In this document: one piece after another, positions 1 through 12,476 of the stretch
Numbering within the stretch: position 1 is the first letter of the stretch
How the letters are laid out: every line of letters starts with the position of its first letter
Assembly: GCF_006345805.1 (NCBI RefSeq)
Contig: NC_043000.1
Span: 8,184,001 to 8,248,000 of the forward strand
DNA from: Octopus sinensis
Taxonomy: Eukaryota
Reading direction: 5' to 3'
DNA: 64,000 nt
Translations under genes and position numbers: made by a program
The notes under the pieces: generated by a model
Seen by the model: only the letters and a program-made list of their open reading frames with translations
Database searches by the model: none
What the model was told of the DNA's origin: nothing

Positions 1-912
1 ACAAATTCTGACTGGATTACCTGGATGGATCAGTGTAGAAATGGGCAAATTGCTGAGGGTACTCAAATAGGTTATTTGTCAGGATATTCAAGAGATGTAG
101 CATAAATTGTCATCATTTTGTGGTGGTTGATTACACAGAACATAATTTTCTGATCTGAATGACCAATCTAAATTGGACATTGTGGAAATGTCTTGTAAAA
201 CCATCATTTACAGAGAGGGAAGTCTACAAGAACTGGTTCAGTAAACTAGTTTAAGCTGAACTTGAGGGACTGGTTATAAAAGATATATGGTGGACAGATT
301 TGGAATGAAAAGTTGAAGTGGATAAATTAGGGCAGTAGAAAGATTTAGACAAGAGATGGAATTAATAGTCAGCTTAGAAAAGTTTGTTATAAATGACATT
401 GCATCTGAAGTGGTAGTGTTGAGAATAGCACTTGACCAAATTTCCAAAGTGAAACTTGAAATTTTTATCGTTGAAACTAAGGTGCTTGTGCTAGAGCATG
501 AGAGCAATAAAGATCCAGACAGCAGATCACAGATCCAGAAAGCAGATCACGGGGGGGGGGGGTCCAGACAGCAGAAGTTCATCATGACAATCAAAACACT
601 ATATGGTCAGGGTTATCATTGAGCTGTAGAAGGTAGGTGATATCTAATTCCAAGTGAATATGTATGGCTTGTCAACAGCTCTCTCTTGAAACAGTCTCAG
701 GGGAGTAAAGGACTAGAGATAGTGTCTTTTGATAGCTATCTTGATGCTTTGCAACAAATCATTACAGAAGAGTGGGAAGGCAGGCAAAATCTGATTTCAG
801 CTTCTGAAACAGGAAATGTTATATCTGACTGTGAATGAGATAAGACTCCAGGACTGAATATTATTATGATATGATTGTAGTATGCCATACTTATTCACTC
901 CTCTCTTGACAG

Positions 913-963
913 GGAGTTAGTGGAACTGACCGCAGACTGAGCCAAGCACTGGTGGTGCTGTTG
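913..963 (+). CDS. Weak candidate internal exon (GVSGTDRRLSQALVVLL)
   Basis: Pyrimidine tract ctcctctcttgacAG, a 51-nt open phase 0-0 frame, then donor TTG|gtgaat. The other two frames contain stops. No recognised homology. Confidence 0.2.
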
Positions 964-1048
964 GTGAATAATGCAGTAACGCAGACAAAGGGTGGGAGGA
1001 CACAATGAACAACTCCAAGCTCATAATACAGTTCTATATTTAACCCAC

Positions 1049-1298
1049 GGGCATATGGCGTAGTGGTTAAGAGCACAGGCTACTAACCCCAAGATTCCGA
1101 GTTCGATTCCAGGCAGTGACTTAAATAATAATAATAATAATAATAATGATGATGATGATGATGATAATAATAATAACATTGAAAAATACCTTAGGAATGA
1201 GAACCCAGGTTTGAAATTTCCCCATGACACCTGATGAAGGCTGGAGGATATATCTGCCAAACAAGATGAGGACAAGTATCTGTCAAATGTAAATAATG
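1049..1298 (+). mobile_element. tRNA-headed SINE-like element with (AAT)n(GAT)n linker and hammerhead-like 3' region
   Basis: A box TGGCGTAGTGG (1056-1066), B box GTTCGATTCC (1101-1110), microsatellite at 1124-1177, then CTGATGA-aGGC...GCC-AAAC at 1231-1262. Confidence 0.55.
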
Positions 1299-1525
1299 TC
1301 CAATCCCATAACTCTACCAAATATCAAGTTAAAGATGTTGAACAAGGTGTTCACAAAGAGTTTAGTACTTGTGGCTAATAGCATCACTTGGCCCACACAA
1401 ACCTGTGAAGTCCTGGACAGCTCTATATCGGACAAATTCCACTTCATCGTAACGAAGGGTTGGAACCAGACCTGGCTTTGTTGGGGACGTTGATCAATTT
1501 GACTTTTCTCCTATTCTTTCCAAAT

Positions 1526-1554
1526 GACTACTACTACTACTACTACTACTACTG

Positions 1555-1589
<35 letters not shown>

Positions 1590-1590
1590 A

Positions 1591-1646
<56 letters not shown>

Positions 1647-1647
1647 G

Positions 1648-1679
<32 letters not shown>

Positions 1680-1700
1680 ACTGCTACTACTACCCCCTCC
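1526..1700. repeat. Interrupted (CTA)n/(CTG)n trinucleotide tract
   Basis: Directly visible; explains the poly-S/A/T/C/Y ORFs. Confidence 0.95.
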
Positions 1701-1899
1701 CCTACTGCTGCCACTGCTCATGCTGCTGTATACACATGACTGTTCCTAAAACATACTCATGTACTTACTCAAGCACTTAGAAGTCCTCTATAATTAAAGC
1801 CATGCTGATACTTCTTTGAAGGTGCATACTTACTTATATACACCCACAGACACATGTATGCACACATACACATACACACTCATATGCACACTCATTAAC

Positions 1900-1901
<2 letters not shown>

Positions 1902-1933
<32 letters not shown>

Positions 1934-2110
1934 TGTATATATGCATGTATGTATGTATGTATGTATGCAAGTATATATTTATGTATGTATGTATGTGTGT
2001 ATGTATGTATGTATGTATGTATGTATGCATGTATGTATGTATGTGTGTATGTATGTATGTATGTGTGTATGTATGTATGTATGTATGTATGTATGTATAT
2101 ATATATATAT
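1902..2110. repeat. (TATG)n microsatellite
   Basis: Directly visible; source of the MYVC ORFs. Confidence 0.95.
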
Positions 2111-2243
2111 ATGCTTTACAGGTATATATTCATTTATATAGTAATAAATGCCTACTTACATTTATGTATGAATACCTATTATTATTTTGAAGTACACTTT
2201 AACATCTGTAAATTCTGAAGAAGAGACTCTTAATTCTAATAGC

Positions 2244-2274
<31 letters not shown>

Positions 2275-2490
2275 ACCACCACCACCACCACCACTAACTC
2301 TGCTCAATGCATTTACTATCAACCCATCTGTTCCTTTAATACAAAACCTTCCAGTTTGAAAGTGTTTATATTTAAATTAAAACTGTCCACTTCCATCATA
2401 ATTTTATTTAAGAAACTTTTTTGTCATTTTCTTTTTTCAAACATCAACATAAAAATGAAAATTTTATTTTGATAAATCATTCTAAACAAT

Positions 2491-2946
2491 GAGAGTGGAT
2501 ATATGATAAGAAGCTTGCTTCCCATCCACATGGTTCTGGGATCAGTCCCATTGTCCCACTGCATGGCACCATACTATAACCTCGGGCCGATCAAAGCCTT
2601 GTGAATGGATTTGGTAGATAGGAACTGAAAGAAACCTGTTGTATGTGTATGTGTGTGTGTGTCTGTCTGTGTATGTATGTATGTATGTGTGTGTATGACT
2701 CTTCATGTCAGTGTTTGTCCTTCACTACTACCACCACTGCTTGGCAACTGGTATTGGTGTGTTTACATCCCTATAACTTTGCAGTTTGGCAAAAGTTACC
2801 GATAGAATAAGTACCAGGCTTACAAAAATATATATATATATATATATATATATAAGTAATAGGGTGGATTCATTTGACTAAAAAAGAAAATTTCATGGAG
2901 GTGCCCCAGCATGACCACAGACTGAAAGAAATAAATGATGAAAGAT
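2491..2946 (+). mobile_element. SINE family A, diverged copy
   Basis: Matches head, internal microsatellite and 3' module of the copy at 3909-4340. Confidence 0.75.
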
Positions 2947-2968
2947 AAATGTTAAAAAAATATATATT

Positions 2969-3000
<32 letters not shown>

Positions 3001-3010
3001 TGTATGTATA

Positions 3011-3075
<65 letters not shown>

Positions 3076-3220
3076 TATGGAGATGTACTTGCATAGCAAG
3101 TGACTTGATCTGAGATCGTGTGCTGGAACGAAAACAATTGCAGCGGGGAAGGTGTTTATAAGCCATTTATAAGCCATGTGTTGTATATATATATAATGTG
3201 TGTATATATATATATATATA

Positions 3221-3620
3221 TCTATTATATAAAATCCATTCTGTCTGTCTGTGTGTGTGTGTCTTCTAGGATCTCTGGCATCCTCCAATATGATTATGGT
3301 TCAAATTTGATACGTAGATACCGACGGTATCAGGGTGTGTATAAGTCTTGAAAAAATTACAAAAATCGATTCCAGGTGAGAATGCAATCAATAAAGCCAC
3401 AGGAACGTGCATTTGTACGTGCAAGTACATCAGCTGTTGTGATCGATACAATGCGTATGCAAGAAAAATGCACGTGCAGTTTGCGCAAAAACAGCTGGCT
3501 GGCTTGAAATAATGCCACAAAATGGGACGGTGGACAAGTTGTTTTGAGAAAATTTGGTTTAAATGTTTGACAACTCAGCACTGTCCATTGAACGTGGGGG
3601 GGGGTGCATTTTGCTCGTAT
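3221..3620 (+). mobile_element. Possible non-autonomous Helitron-like 5' segment
   Basis: Starts A|TC-TATTATATAAAA followed by a (TGTC)n/(TG)n subterminal tract; interior is CpG-richer than the flanks. No 3' CTAG end seen. Confidence 0.35.
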
Positions 3621-3908
3621 CTATATATATACACACGCACATGCACAAAAACATACATACATGTATATGTGCATGCATGTATATGTACATACATGTATAT
3701 ATACATACATACATAAGTCATCACAGGAACTGTAAAAATCTGTAAAACTTTCCATAAGTTTATCATTTAAATATATATGCGCATGTCTAGATATGCAACT
3801 ATATGCATGAGAATGCATACATAAACAAAACATACAAATCTGCACATATACACAAATACATGCACAATTACCTTTTTGATGTTGTTGAAATACCAATGAA
3901 AGTGCCTT

Positions 3909-4074
3909 AGGCGCAGGAGTGGCTGTGTGGTAAGTAGCTTGCTTACCAACTACATGGTTCCAGGTTCATTCCCACTGCGTGACACCTTGGGCAAGTGTCT
4001 TCTGCCATAGCCTCGGGCCGACCAAAGCCTTGTTAGTGGATTCGGTAGACGGAAACTGAAAGAAGCCCATCGTA

Positions 4075-4127
<53 letters not shown>

Positions 4128-4340
4128 GTGTGTGTATATGTTTGTGTTTGTCTCCCCAACATCGCTTGACAACCGATGGTGATGTGTTTACATCCCCGTA
4201 ACTTAGCGGTTCGGTAAAAGAGACTGATAGAATAAGTATTAGGCTTCCAAAGAATAAGTCCTGGGGTTGATTTGCTCGACTAAAGGCGGTGCTCCAGCAT
4301 GGCCACAGTCAAATGACTGAAACAAGTAAAAGAGTAAAGA
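3909..4340 (+). mobile_element. SINE family A (tRNA-derived head, internal microsatellite, 3' module, AAAGAGT tail), near full length
   Basis: A box TGGCTGTGTGG, B-box-like GGTTCATTCCC, ccttgggcaagtg motif, (TA)n(TATG)n insert, and 3' module ending gactgaaacaagtaaaagag. About 20 related copies or fragments in the window. Confidence 0.9.
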
Positions 4341-4394
4341 GAGATCTAGAACTGACTCGTTCTCTATTGGCAAGAAATCTTAAAATAAAACTGA

Positions 4395-4444
<50 letters not shown>

Positions 4445-5349
4445 TCTCACACACATGACAGGTGTCATTCACCTTCCATCTACTACACAAATTTACAAAG
4501 CTTTGGTTGACCTCAGGCTATAGTAGTATTGAACTCAAGACCACATGGTTGAGAAGCAAGCTTCCTAACCACACTGCCATGCCTGTTATTATTAATTGAA
4601 TTGATCTCAGAGAATTACTGGTATTAGGTTTAGTTAACACAGAGATAATACAAAGTAATCATTAAACTCTGAACGTGGAGGGAGGTTGGACGAAACTAAA
4701 TGCTGTGAGTCATTTATCCCAATACTGACTCTTACTTTCTCAATACACCCAATGCAGTTCTTCAATTGATGTTTATATTGACCAAAATTTGTTATGCTGT
4801 TGGATGGTCTGGACATGCATGTATTAATAATTTATAAAGATATACAATCAATAAACAAACTCATTTGCCCGATATTTATGGAGTGAGGGAGAAGAATAAC
4901 TACAATAGATCAAATTATATTAAATATCCAGTCTCTTTCAACACAAGATTATGAACTCGGTACATATGACTCATCAAAGAAAGCTTGCTATGCCAGAAAT
5001 CATTATTGATATATACATATGAATGGATGGCAAAGTCAATAAGGTACCAAACAATTGGTTGGAAAGACAGTAGTTCATATCCTGCCACTTGCCTTTGAAG
5101 TGTTGTTAAGATCTTTGTAGTTCCAGAAACAGGTATCACAGGGTGGTGGAGTTAACATTTATAAATTACAAATGGTTGGCTGAGCCGGTGAGGGAACCTT
5201 TACATGGTTAATTGATATGCTAGAAATAGTAGTAATATCTCCTTCAGCTTTCACTCTACTGTCATAAAAAAAATATATGAAAGATTGGATAATGTAGTTT
5301 TAATGACATCATATCTGAAAAACCAATACTATTTCTTATGGTTGAAATG

Positions 5350-5410
5350 TCGCAAAGCCTTGTGAGTAGATTTGGTAGATGGAAACTGAAAGAAGCCTAT
5401 CGTATATATG

Positions 5411-5501
<91 letters not shown>

Positions 5502-5720
5502 ATATGTTTGTGTGTCTGTGTTTGTACCCCCACCCAACATCGCTTGACAACTGATGTTGGTGTGTTTACGTCCCAGTAACTTAGCAGTTTGGCAAAAGAG
5601 ACCAATAGAATAAGTACTAGGCTTACAAAGAATAAGTCCTGGGGTCGATTTGCTCGACTAAAGGTGGTGCTCCAACATGGCCACAGTCAAATGACTGAAA
5701 CAAGTAAAAGAGTAAAAGAG
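5350..5720 (+). mobile_element. SINE family A, headless copy
   Basis: High identity to 4025-4340. Confidence 0.85.
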
Positions 5721-6323
5721 TGTATTGTTGAAATACAACCAATTCATATCTCATAAATTTTAACAGCAAGATCTTATATGAGTTCCGAAGGGCCACATGG
5801 ATCCTAGCTGAGAACCACTGAGACTATATTGTATAACATTGGTCTAGATTTTATATTGAAAACTTCAGTGCTGACTTTTAGAAGAAGCTAGGATCAATAG
5901 GCTGAAACAACCCCTCAAAAATTCAGTCCCAGGGGTGTGAAGTAGCAAATGAAGAGACAGTAAATTGTCTGTGCCATCAACTGATCATTAAGCTGTTGCC
6001 TTACCTTTAATCTATAATCATATTGCTACTCCTATGGTTGTAATGGTGATAGATGTAAATGAGTACAATGATGATGATGATGATGATGAAGATGACAGCA
6101 ACAACAATGACAAAAAACAACAACAACAGCACGAGAAGCAACTGCTGCCAAATTATGAATAATCACATTTTAATAACGATTTCTTACTTTGTAGAACAAG
6201 AAATAAGCATTCAGGAAGCGAATTCAATGAACTGATTTTGAATCATAGAATGTTGAAGCTAATTTGCTTCATTTGAGACACTTTTATTTCTGCATTTTGC
6301 ATTTCTCATGCCTCTTTATTCTT

Positions 6324-6532
6324 TACTGTTTTATTTGTTTCAGTCATTTGACTGTGGCCATGCTGGAGCACCGTCTTTGGTCGAGCAAATCGACCCCAGG
6401 ACTTATTCTTTGTAAGCCTAGTACTTATTCTATCGGTCTCTTTTGCCAAACCGCTAAGTTACGGGGACGTAAACACACCAGCATCGGTTGTCAAGCAATG
6501 TTGGGGGGACAAACACAGACACACGAACATAT

Positions 6533-6563
<31 letters not shown>

Positions 6564-6757
6564 ATATATATATATATATTATATATATATATACATATAT
6601 ACGACGGGCTTCTTTCAGTTTCTGTCTACCAAATCCACTCACAAGGCTTTGGTTGGCCCGAAGCTATAGTAGAAGACACTTACCCAAGGTCCCACACAGT
6701 GGGACTGAACCCAGAACCATGTGGTTCATAAGTAAGCTACTTACTACACAGCCACTT
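6324..6757 (-). mobile_element. SINE family A
   Basis: Reverse complement of the 3909-4340 type. Confidence 0.9.
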
Positions 6758-7157
6758 CAACGCCTGTTAAATTTTGGATGTGTGACTTTATAATGAATCA
6801 GTTAATGCTTCTGAAATAAGCATAAGGTGAACAATTTTAGGGAGGGAATTTGTCAATACCATCAACCCCCCCAGTAATTAACTGGTACTTTACTTAATTG
6901 ATCCTAAAATGAAAGGTAAAGTTGACCTTGGTTGGATGTGAACTCAGAACATATAGAATTGTAGTAAATATGTGGCATTTTTTTCCCAATACTCTAATGA
7001 TTCTGCCAAAGAACTGCCCATTTATTGTGAATTATGTCTTGTTTTGTCATGATGGCTTTGTGTTTAAGAAAGTTTGCTTTTGCAACAACTTGGTTTTAAA
7101 TTTGATCTGACAGTGTAGCACCAAGGTCAAGTATATTCTATCCCTTGCGAGCTGTGG

Positions 7158-7316
7158 CCTTTAGTCGAGCAAATCGACCCCAAGACTTATTCTTTATAAG
7201 CCTAGTACTTATTCTGTCTCTTTTGCCAAACCACTAAGTTATGGGGACATAAACACATGAGCATCGGTTGTCAAGCGAAGCTGGGGGGGGGGAGACAAAC
7301 ACAGACACACAAACAT

Positions 7317-7367
<51 letters not shown>

Positions 7368-7530
7368 TACTACGAGCTACTTTCAGTTTCCAAATCCACT
7401 CACAGGGCTTTGTTTGGTTGGCCCAAGGCTATAGTAGAAGATACTTGCCCAAGGTGCCATACAGTGGGACTGAACCTAGAACCATGTGGTTTGTAAAGCA
7501 AGCTACTTACCACACAGTCACTCCTACGCC
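7158..7530 (-). mobile_element. SINE family A
   Basis: Reverse complement match; 3' end truncated. Confidence 0.85.
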
Positions 7531-7807
7531 TATATATACATATATAAATATATGTGTGCATTCCGTGTGTGTGCATGTATATATGTATGTGTGTATGTAT
7601 TCTGGACACTGCTTGCTAATTGTAAGCAAACATCACTGTCACTGTCATACAAGCAGTATCATTTGTTTGCAGTCTTCCATGAAAACATGTCTGGTCATTG
7701 AACTAAGGAACAAGGGAAATATTGCGTTACTTGGAAGCGGGCAAAGGTTGATGACAGGGAGAGTAGCAAGCTATAAGAAATAAGCCTCAAAAATTTCTAG
7801 TGATACA

Positions 7808-8117
7808 TTTTTTTTTGCCCTTTTCAAGCCTAGCCAGGCTCACAGGCCCGGTTTCCCGGTTTCTGTGGTGTATGTGTTCCCCCCAGCTGGACAGGACATC
7901 AGTCCATCGCAGCATTACTCAAGAAACAGGAAGAGAGAGTGAGAGAAAGTTGTGGCAAAAGAGTACAACAGGGGTCACCACCACCCCCTGATGGAACCTC
8001 GTGGAGCTTTTAGGTGTTTGCACTCAATAAGCACACTGAATACCCAGTCTGGGAATAGAAACCGCAATCGTCCGACCGCGAGTCCACACCCCTAACCACT
8101 GGGCCTTTGTGCCTCCA
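7808..8117 (-). mobile_element. SINE family C (tRNA-Arg-like head) with poly(A) tail
   Basis: Head ggaggcacaaaggcccagtggttagggg on the minus strand; poly-T at 7808; body matches 38325-38500. Confidence 0.8.
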
Positions 8118-8235
8118 CCTAGTGATACATGATGAACATTAAAATGATTATGATGATGATGATGACGACAATGATGATGCTAAAGATGATGAAAAGTCTC
8201 AGATCTATGTTGATTGAGGATAGGAACAGAAAAGT

Positions 8236-8540
8236 GGAGACACATGGCCTAGTGGTTAGAGCAGCGGACTCGCAGTCGAGAAATCGTGGGTTCGAATCTC
8301 AGACCAGGCAATGTGTGTATTTATGAGTGAAACACCTAAGCTCCACTCAGCTCCGGCAGAAGGTAATGGCAAACTTCTGCTGACTCTTTCGCCACAACTT
8401 TCTCCCACTCTTTCCTCCTGCATCTAGCAGCTCACCTGCGACTGACCGGTGTCCCATCCAGGTGGGGAAACTATACACCAAGGAAACCGGGAAACCGGAC
8501 CTTATGAGCCAGGTGTGGCTCAAGAAGGAACAAACAACAT
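8236..8540 (+). mobile_element. SINE family C-related copy
   Basis: Head ggagacacatggcctagtggttagagcagcggactcgcagtcg with B box GGTTCGAATC; body related to 24660-25024. Confidence 0.8.
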
Positions 8541-9196
8541 AAAAACAGAAAGCTAATAATGTTCATATTTTTACAAGTGTGTTTGTAGTATTTGAGATGT
8601 CAATGGAGTGTTTCTGACTGTGGATTGAAACTGAGTGGCAGAGTTGCAGATTCGTTTTGTTAAGAAATGACTCTTGCATCTCAAAATTGTGCAACAATGG
8701 AAATCATAAGGAAAGTCTGAAAGAAGTTTGACTTTGATTTCCAATACGATTTCTAAATCTGTCCTGAATCAGACTCATTGAATTCTAGACCTTTTCTGTT
8801 GTGTGTGTGTGTGTGTGTGTGCATGCGCGTCTGTATGTAAATGTTGTGTATATGCATGTGTGTTATGTAATTGCGTATGTCTGTGAGTGTGTGCATATGT
8901 GTGTCTGTATGTGAGTGCACATGCACGTGTGTATATTATGTAATTACAAATGTATATGCATGCGTGCAAGCATAAGTATATCCACATGACCATATGCATG
9001 TGTGTTTGTACATGTATATGCATATTCGTATGTAACTATATATGTGTGTGTTTGTGTGCGTGTGTGTACATGTGTATATATATGTGTGTGTGTATACATG
9101 TGTGTGTATATATATATTCATGTGTGTGTATATATATATATACATGTATATATATATTTGTGTATGTGTGTGTATGTGCATGTGCCTGTGTGTGTG

Positions 9197-9236
<40 letters not shown>

Positions 9237-9733
9237 GCAAATTGACAAGTAAATAATTATTTCTGTACTGACTTTAATTGGTGAAACATTTTAGAATGAA
9301 TTGCTTTTTGATTAAAGGAAAAATCAATTTTCGACTAATTACAGTGTCTGATTATCTAATTTTAGGAGTTTTTAGTCTTTCTTCTCTTTCTCCCTCTCTC
9401 TCAGTCTCTGTCTGTCTCTCTCTTTCTTTCTCCCTTCCCTCATTCTCTCTTTCTCTTTCCTGTTTTCTCTCCTTAATGATATAAAAACTATGGAACTCAC
9501 AAGGTAACAGCTATTTAACTGGGAAAAAAAATTGCAAAGTGAGAAACTTATTTTAAGGTGAAGAAAAATGAGAGAGAGAGAGAGAGCTAGAAAGGAGGAA
9601 AGGGTGAGAGAGGGAGAGAATGAGGGAGAAAGAGAGACAGGGAGAAAGCGAGACAGACAGGCAGGCATAACAGAATGTGAGAGGGGGTGAGAAGTATATG
9701 AATCTGTGTGTGGGTTTACACACCACACACACA

Positions 9734-9764
<31 letters not shown>

Positions 9765-10504
9765 CGTGCATTATTTGTTAGTATTTTTTTTGTTATAACC
9801 GATTTTCTTGCCTAACAGACAGCTTTTAATTTAATGAGCCAGTAAGGGAAACTGTACCTGATCATTCACTCTGCTTGAAATCATAGCCAAAACTCCCTCA
9901 ATTCACATCCTGCCTTCCAAAGAATAAGTTGTATGTTGGATGATGTAGTCTTAGTTGTACTGTGTTTAATCATGGCCATCTTAGAGACAGCTAATAATGA
10001 TGATGGACCTCGTCAGTTTTGATAATGAGGAATCATTTGGTCAATGAACTGAGCTCTTAATGTGCAAGTGGCTGAATATTCCACAGTCACATGTACATGT
10101 AGTTTAATTTTCAAGCTGAATCAGTGTGTGACAAAACCGGATCTGTGAATTATAAATTCATCTCACAGGTTTCCTCACAGTCTCCATTTACCCGGTTACA
10201 CTCACAAGGCTTCCGTCAGCCTGGGGCTATTGGAAAAAGCACTTGTCCAAGTTTCCACACTGTAGAGACAGAATGTATGTATGTATGTGTGTGTGTGTGT
10301 GTGTGTGCATGCATGTGTGTGTATGTATGTAGGTATGTTGGTACGCATGTATGTAAGTACGTACATAAGTATGTATTCAGTTTTCAGTCCTCATTCAGTT
10401 TTATTTCAAGATTTCTTGCCAATAAAGAAGGGGTCAGTCTCTAACCAAGAACCAAGGCTCCTTCATTAGTATTTCAACAACATCAACAGGGTTTTTTTGC
10501 CTGT

Positions 10505-10749
10505 ATGTGTGTCTATGTGCAGTATTTGGAGTCTATATGTATGTATGTTTGTATGTATATATTTACGTATATATCTATGTATATATGTATGTATATATGT
10601 ATGTGTTTGTATGTATGCATGCTTGTAAGTATGTATGTATGTATGTGTGAGTGTGTGTATGTATGTATGTATGCATGCATGCTTGTATGTATGTATGTAT
10701 GTATGTATGTATGTATGTATGTATGTATGTATGTGTGTGTGAGTGTGTG

Positions 10750-10780
<31 letters not shown>

Positions 10781-10835
10781 TGTATGTATGTAATGTATGT
10801 ATGTATGTATGTACATGTGTGTGTATATGTATGTG
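10505..10835. repeat. (TATG)n/(TG)n microsatellite complex
   Basis: Directly visible. Confidence 0.95.
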
Positions 10836-12064
10836 AGTACAGTGTGTAGATATATGTTTGAATGTGTTTGTGTGTCTCCACTTTCATGTTCCATTCATGT
10901 ACTACAAATCTACGTTGTCCCCCACACAGTCACAATCTTTAATTTATTTGACATTTTCATACCCAGAATGCATCATTTTTACACTTGAAATAAACTATTC
11001 AGTTTTCTCTCGCTGCTGAAATTTCCTAGCATTTGTTAATAGGCAAGACAAATTGTTTGTGACCTAATTAAGTGAGCTACTGACCTGATTAGATGATCTA
11101 CTTAGTGATAGAGATGGATATAGTAAGAATAAATAATTAAATGAAGTGAGAGTTAGAAGGAATATATATAGAAAACTATGATCATGATGATGATCATGAT
11201 GATGTTTTAGTTCAATTCAACTTTGCTGTAAACCTATGATCTAAGTTTTTCCATCCATGGCCACTCTGTCTCTCTGTATGTTTGGTATTGTATTATCTGA
11301 TATGGTGAATCAACTGGTATTTTGCATTTATCAACTTTGGATGCAAACATAAATGGCAAAGTTGATTTTGGTGAGATTTGAACTCAGTGAGCAGAGAGCC
11401 AGAAAAAAACACAGCAATGCATTTCATCCAATGCTACAATGACTTTCTCAATTTGCTGTCATAAAATTATAAGCCTGGCACTGGTGCTATGTAAATAGTA
11501 CAGGTGATGGTGTCACATAAAAAGCACTGGGGTCATGTAGAAAGCACCAGTGCTACATAAAAATAAAACACCCAGTTCACTCTAACTCTAGCAGGTTAAA
11601 CATAACAGAAGGAAGAGAGAAAGAAAGTTGAGAGAGAGAGTGGGAGAGAGAGGAGAAAGATGAAGAGAGGAAGAAAAAGAGAGATAGAGAGAGGGAAGAG
11701 GAGAGAAAGTGAGAGTGAGAAACTGGAGAGGAGTTGCTTTATTGAGAACCAGAAAGTATGTTGTCAAGAGGGCTGCATGTGTGCATGTGTGTGCACATGT
11801 GTGTGTATGTAGAAACTAAGCTAAAACAGACTATGGAACCCAGTGCAGCCCCTGGCTTTGCCAGTTCCTGTCAAGCCATCCAACCCATGCCAGCATGGAA
11901 ATGGATGTTAAATAACGAGGAAGAGGATAATGAAAATTATAGACCTTATTGATCTTGGTGGAATAAAAAGTAAAGTTTAGAGGATTTGAACTCAGGATGT
12001 AGAAGGAGGAAAGTGAAATTGGTAAGGCATCTAGTATGGCAATGTGGCTCTCTTCTGTTTTGGA

Positions 12065-12288
12065 AGGCGGTGAGCTGGCAGAAACGTTAGCAAGCCGGGC
12101 GAAATGTTTAGCGGTATTTCATCTGTCTTTACGTTCTGAGTTCAAATTCCGCCAAGGTTGACTTTGCCTTTCATACTTTCAGGGTCAATAAATTAAGTTC
12201 CAGTTACGCACTGGAGTCAATGTAATTGACTTAATCCCTTGTTTGTCCCCTCTATGTTTAGCCCCTTGTGGCAATAAAGAAATAAGTA
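12065..12288 (+). mobile_element. SINE family B (tRNA-like head, central gactttgcctttcat...gtcaataaattaag domain)
   Basis: B-box-like GAGTTCAAATTCC; related copies near 13.3-13.6, 24.0-24.2, 30.0, 31.1, 52.0, 58.7 and 59.8 kb. Confidence 0.85.
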
Positions 12289-12476
12289 TGGCACTCTTCT
12301 GTTTTGTCCCTGTGCAAGCCATGTTGTGAATGCATGGATTAAGGATTTGTAAGACAGGAAAGCAGCAATATTTGTGGTTGTTTAGCCCCACATTTGGTTT
12401 GATTGTGTTAACTCATGATGAAAGCTGTAAACATTCCATCTTCTTCTTTTCTTCGGAAGTGCTGCATCTAGGACTA

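Noticed and set aside
1-830. ORFs 274-507 and 356-622 as a gene or TE protein
   Set aside because: No recognisable motif or splice structure; possibly an old repeat, but not supportable by eye.
1049-1120. tRNA gene
   Set aside because: A and B boxes are present but the acceptor and anticodon stems do not pair; it is better explained as a SINE head. The same applies to the heads at 8236 and 38325.
1460-2218. Long ORFs of poly-C/Y/T/A and MYVC repeats (and similar ORFs at 10.5, 17.6, 28.7, 39.2, 44.1, 47.3 and 48.2 kb)
   Set aside because: They are translations of microsatellites, which lack stops in several frames; there is no splice or codon evidence.
4743-4812. Minus-strand exon candidate PSNSITNFGQYKHQLKNCIGCIEK with gtaaga donor
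   Set aside because: Weak acceptor and no recognisable homology; insufficient support without RNA data.
6264-6793. Recurrent ORFs such as YDGLLSVSVYQIHSQGFG...EDTCPRCH seen in many places
   Set aside because: They are translations of non-coding SINE A copies, not a gene family.
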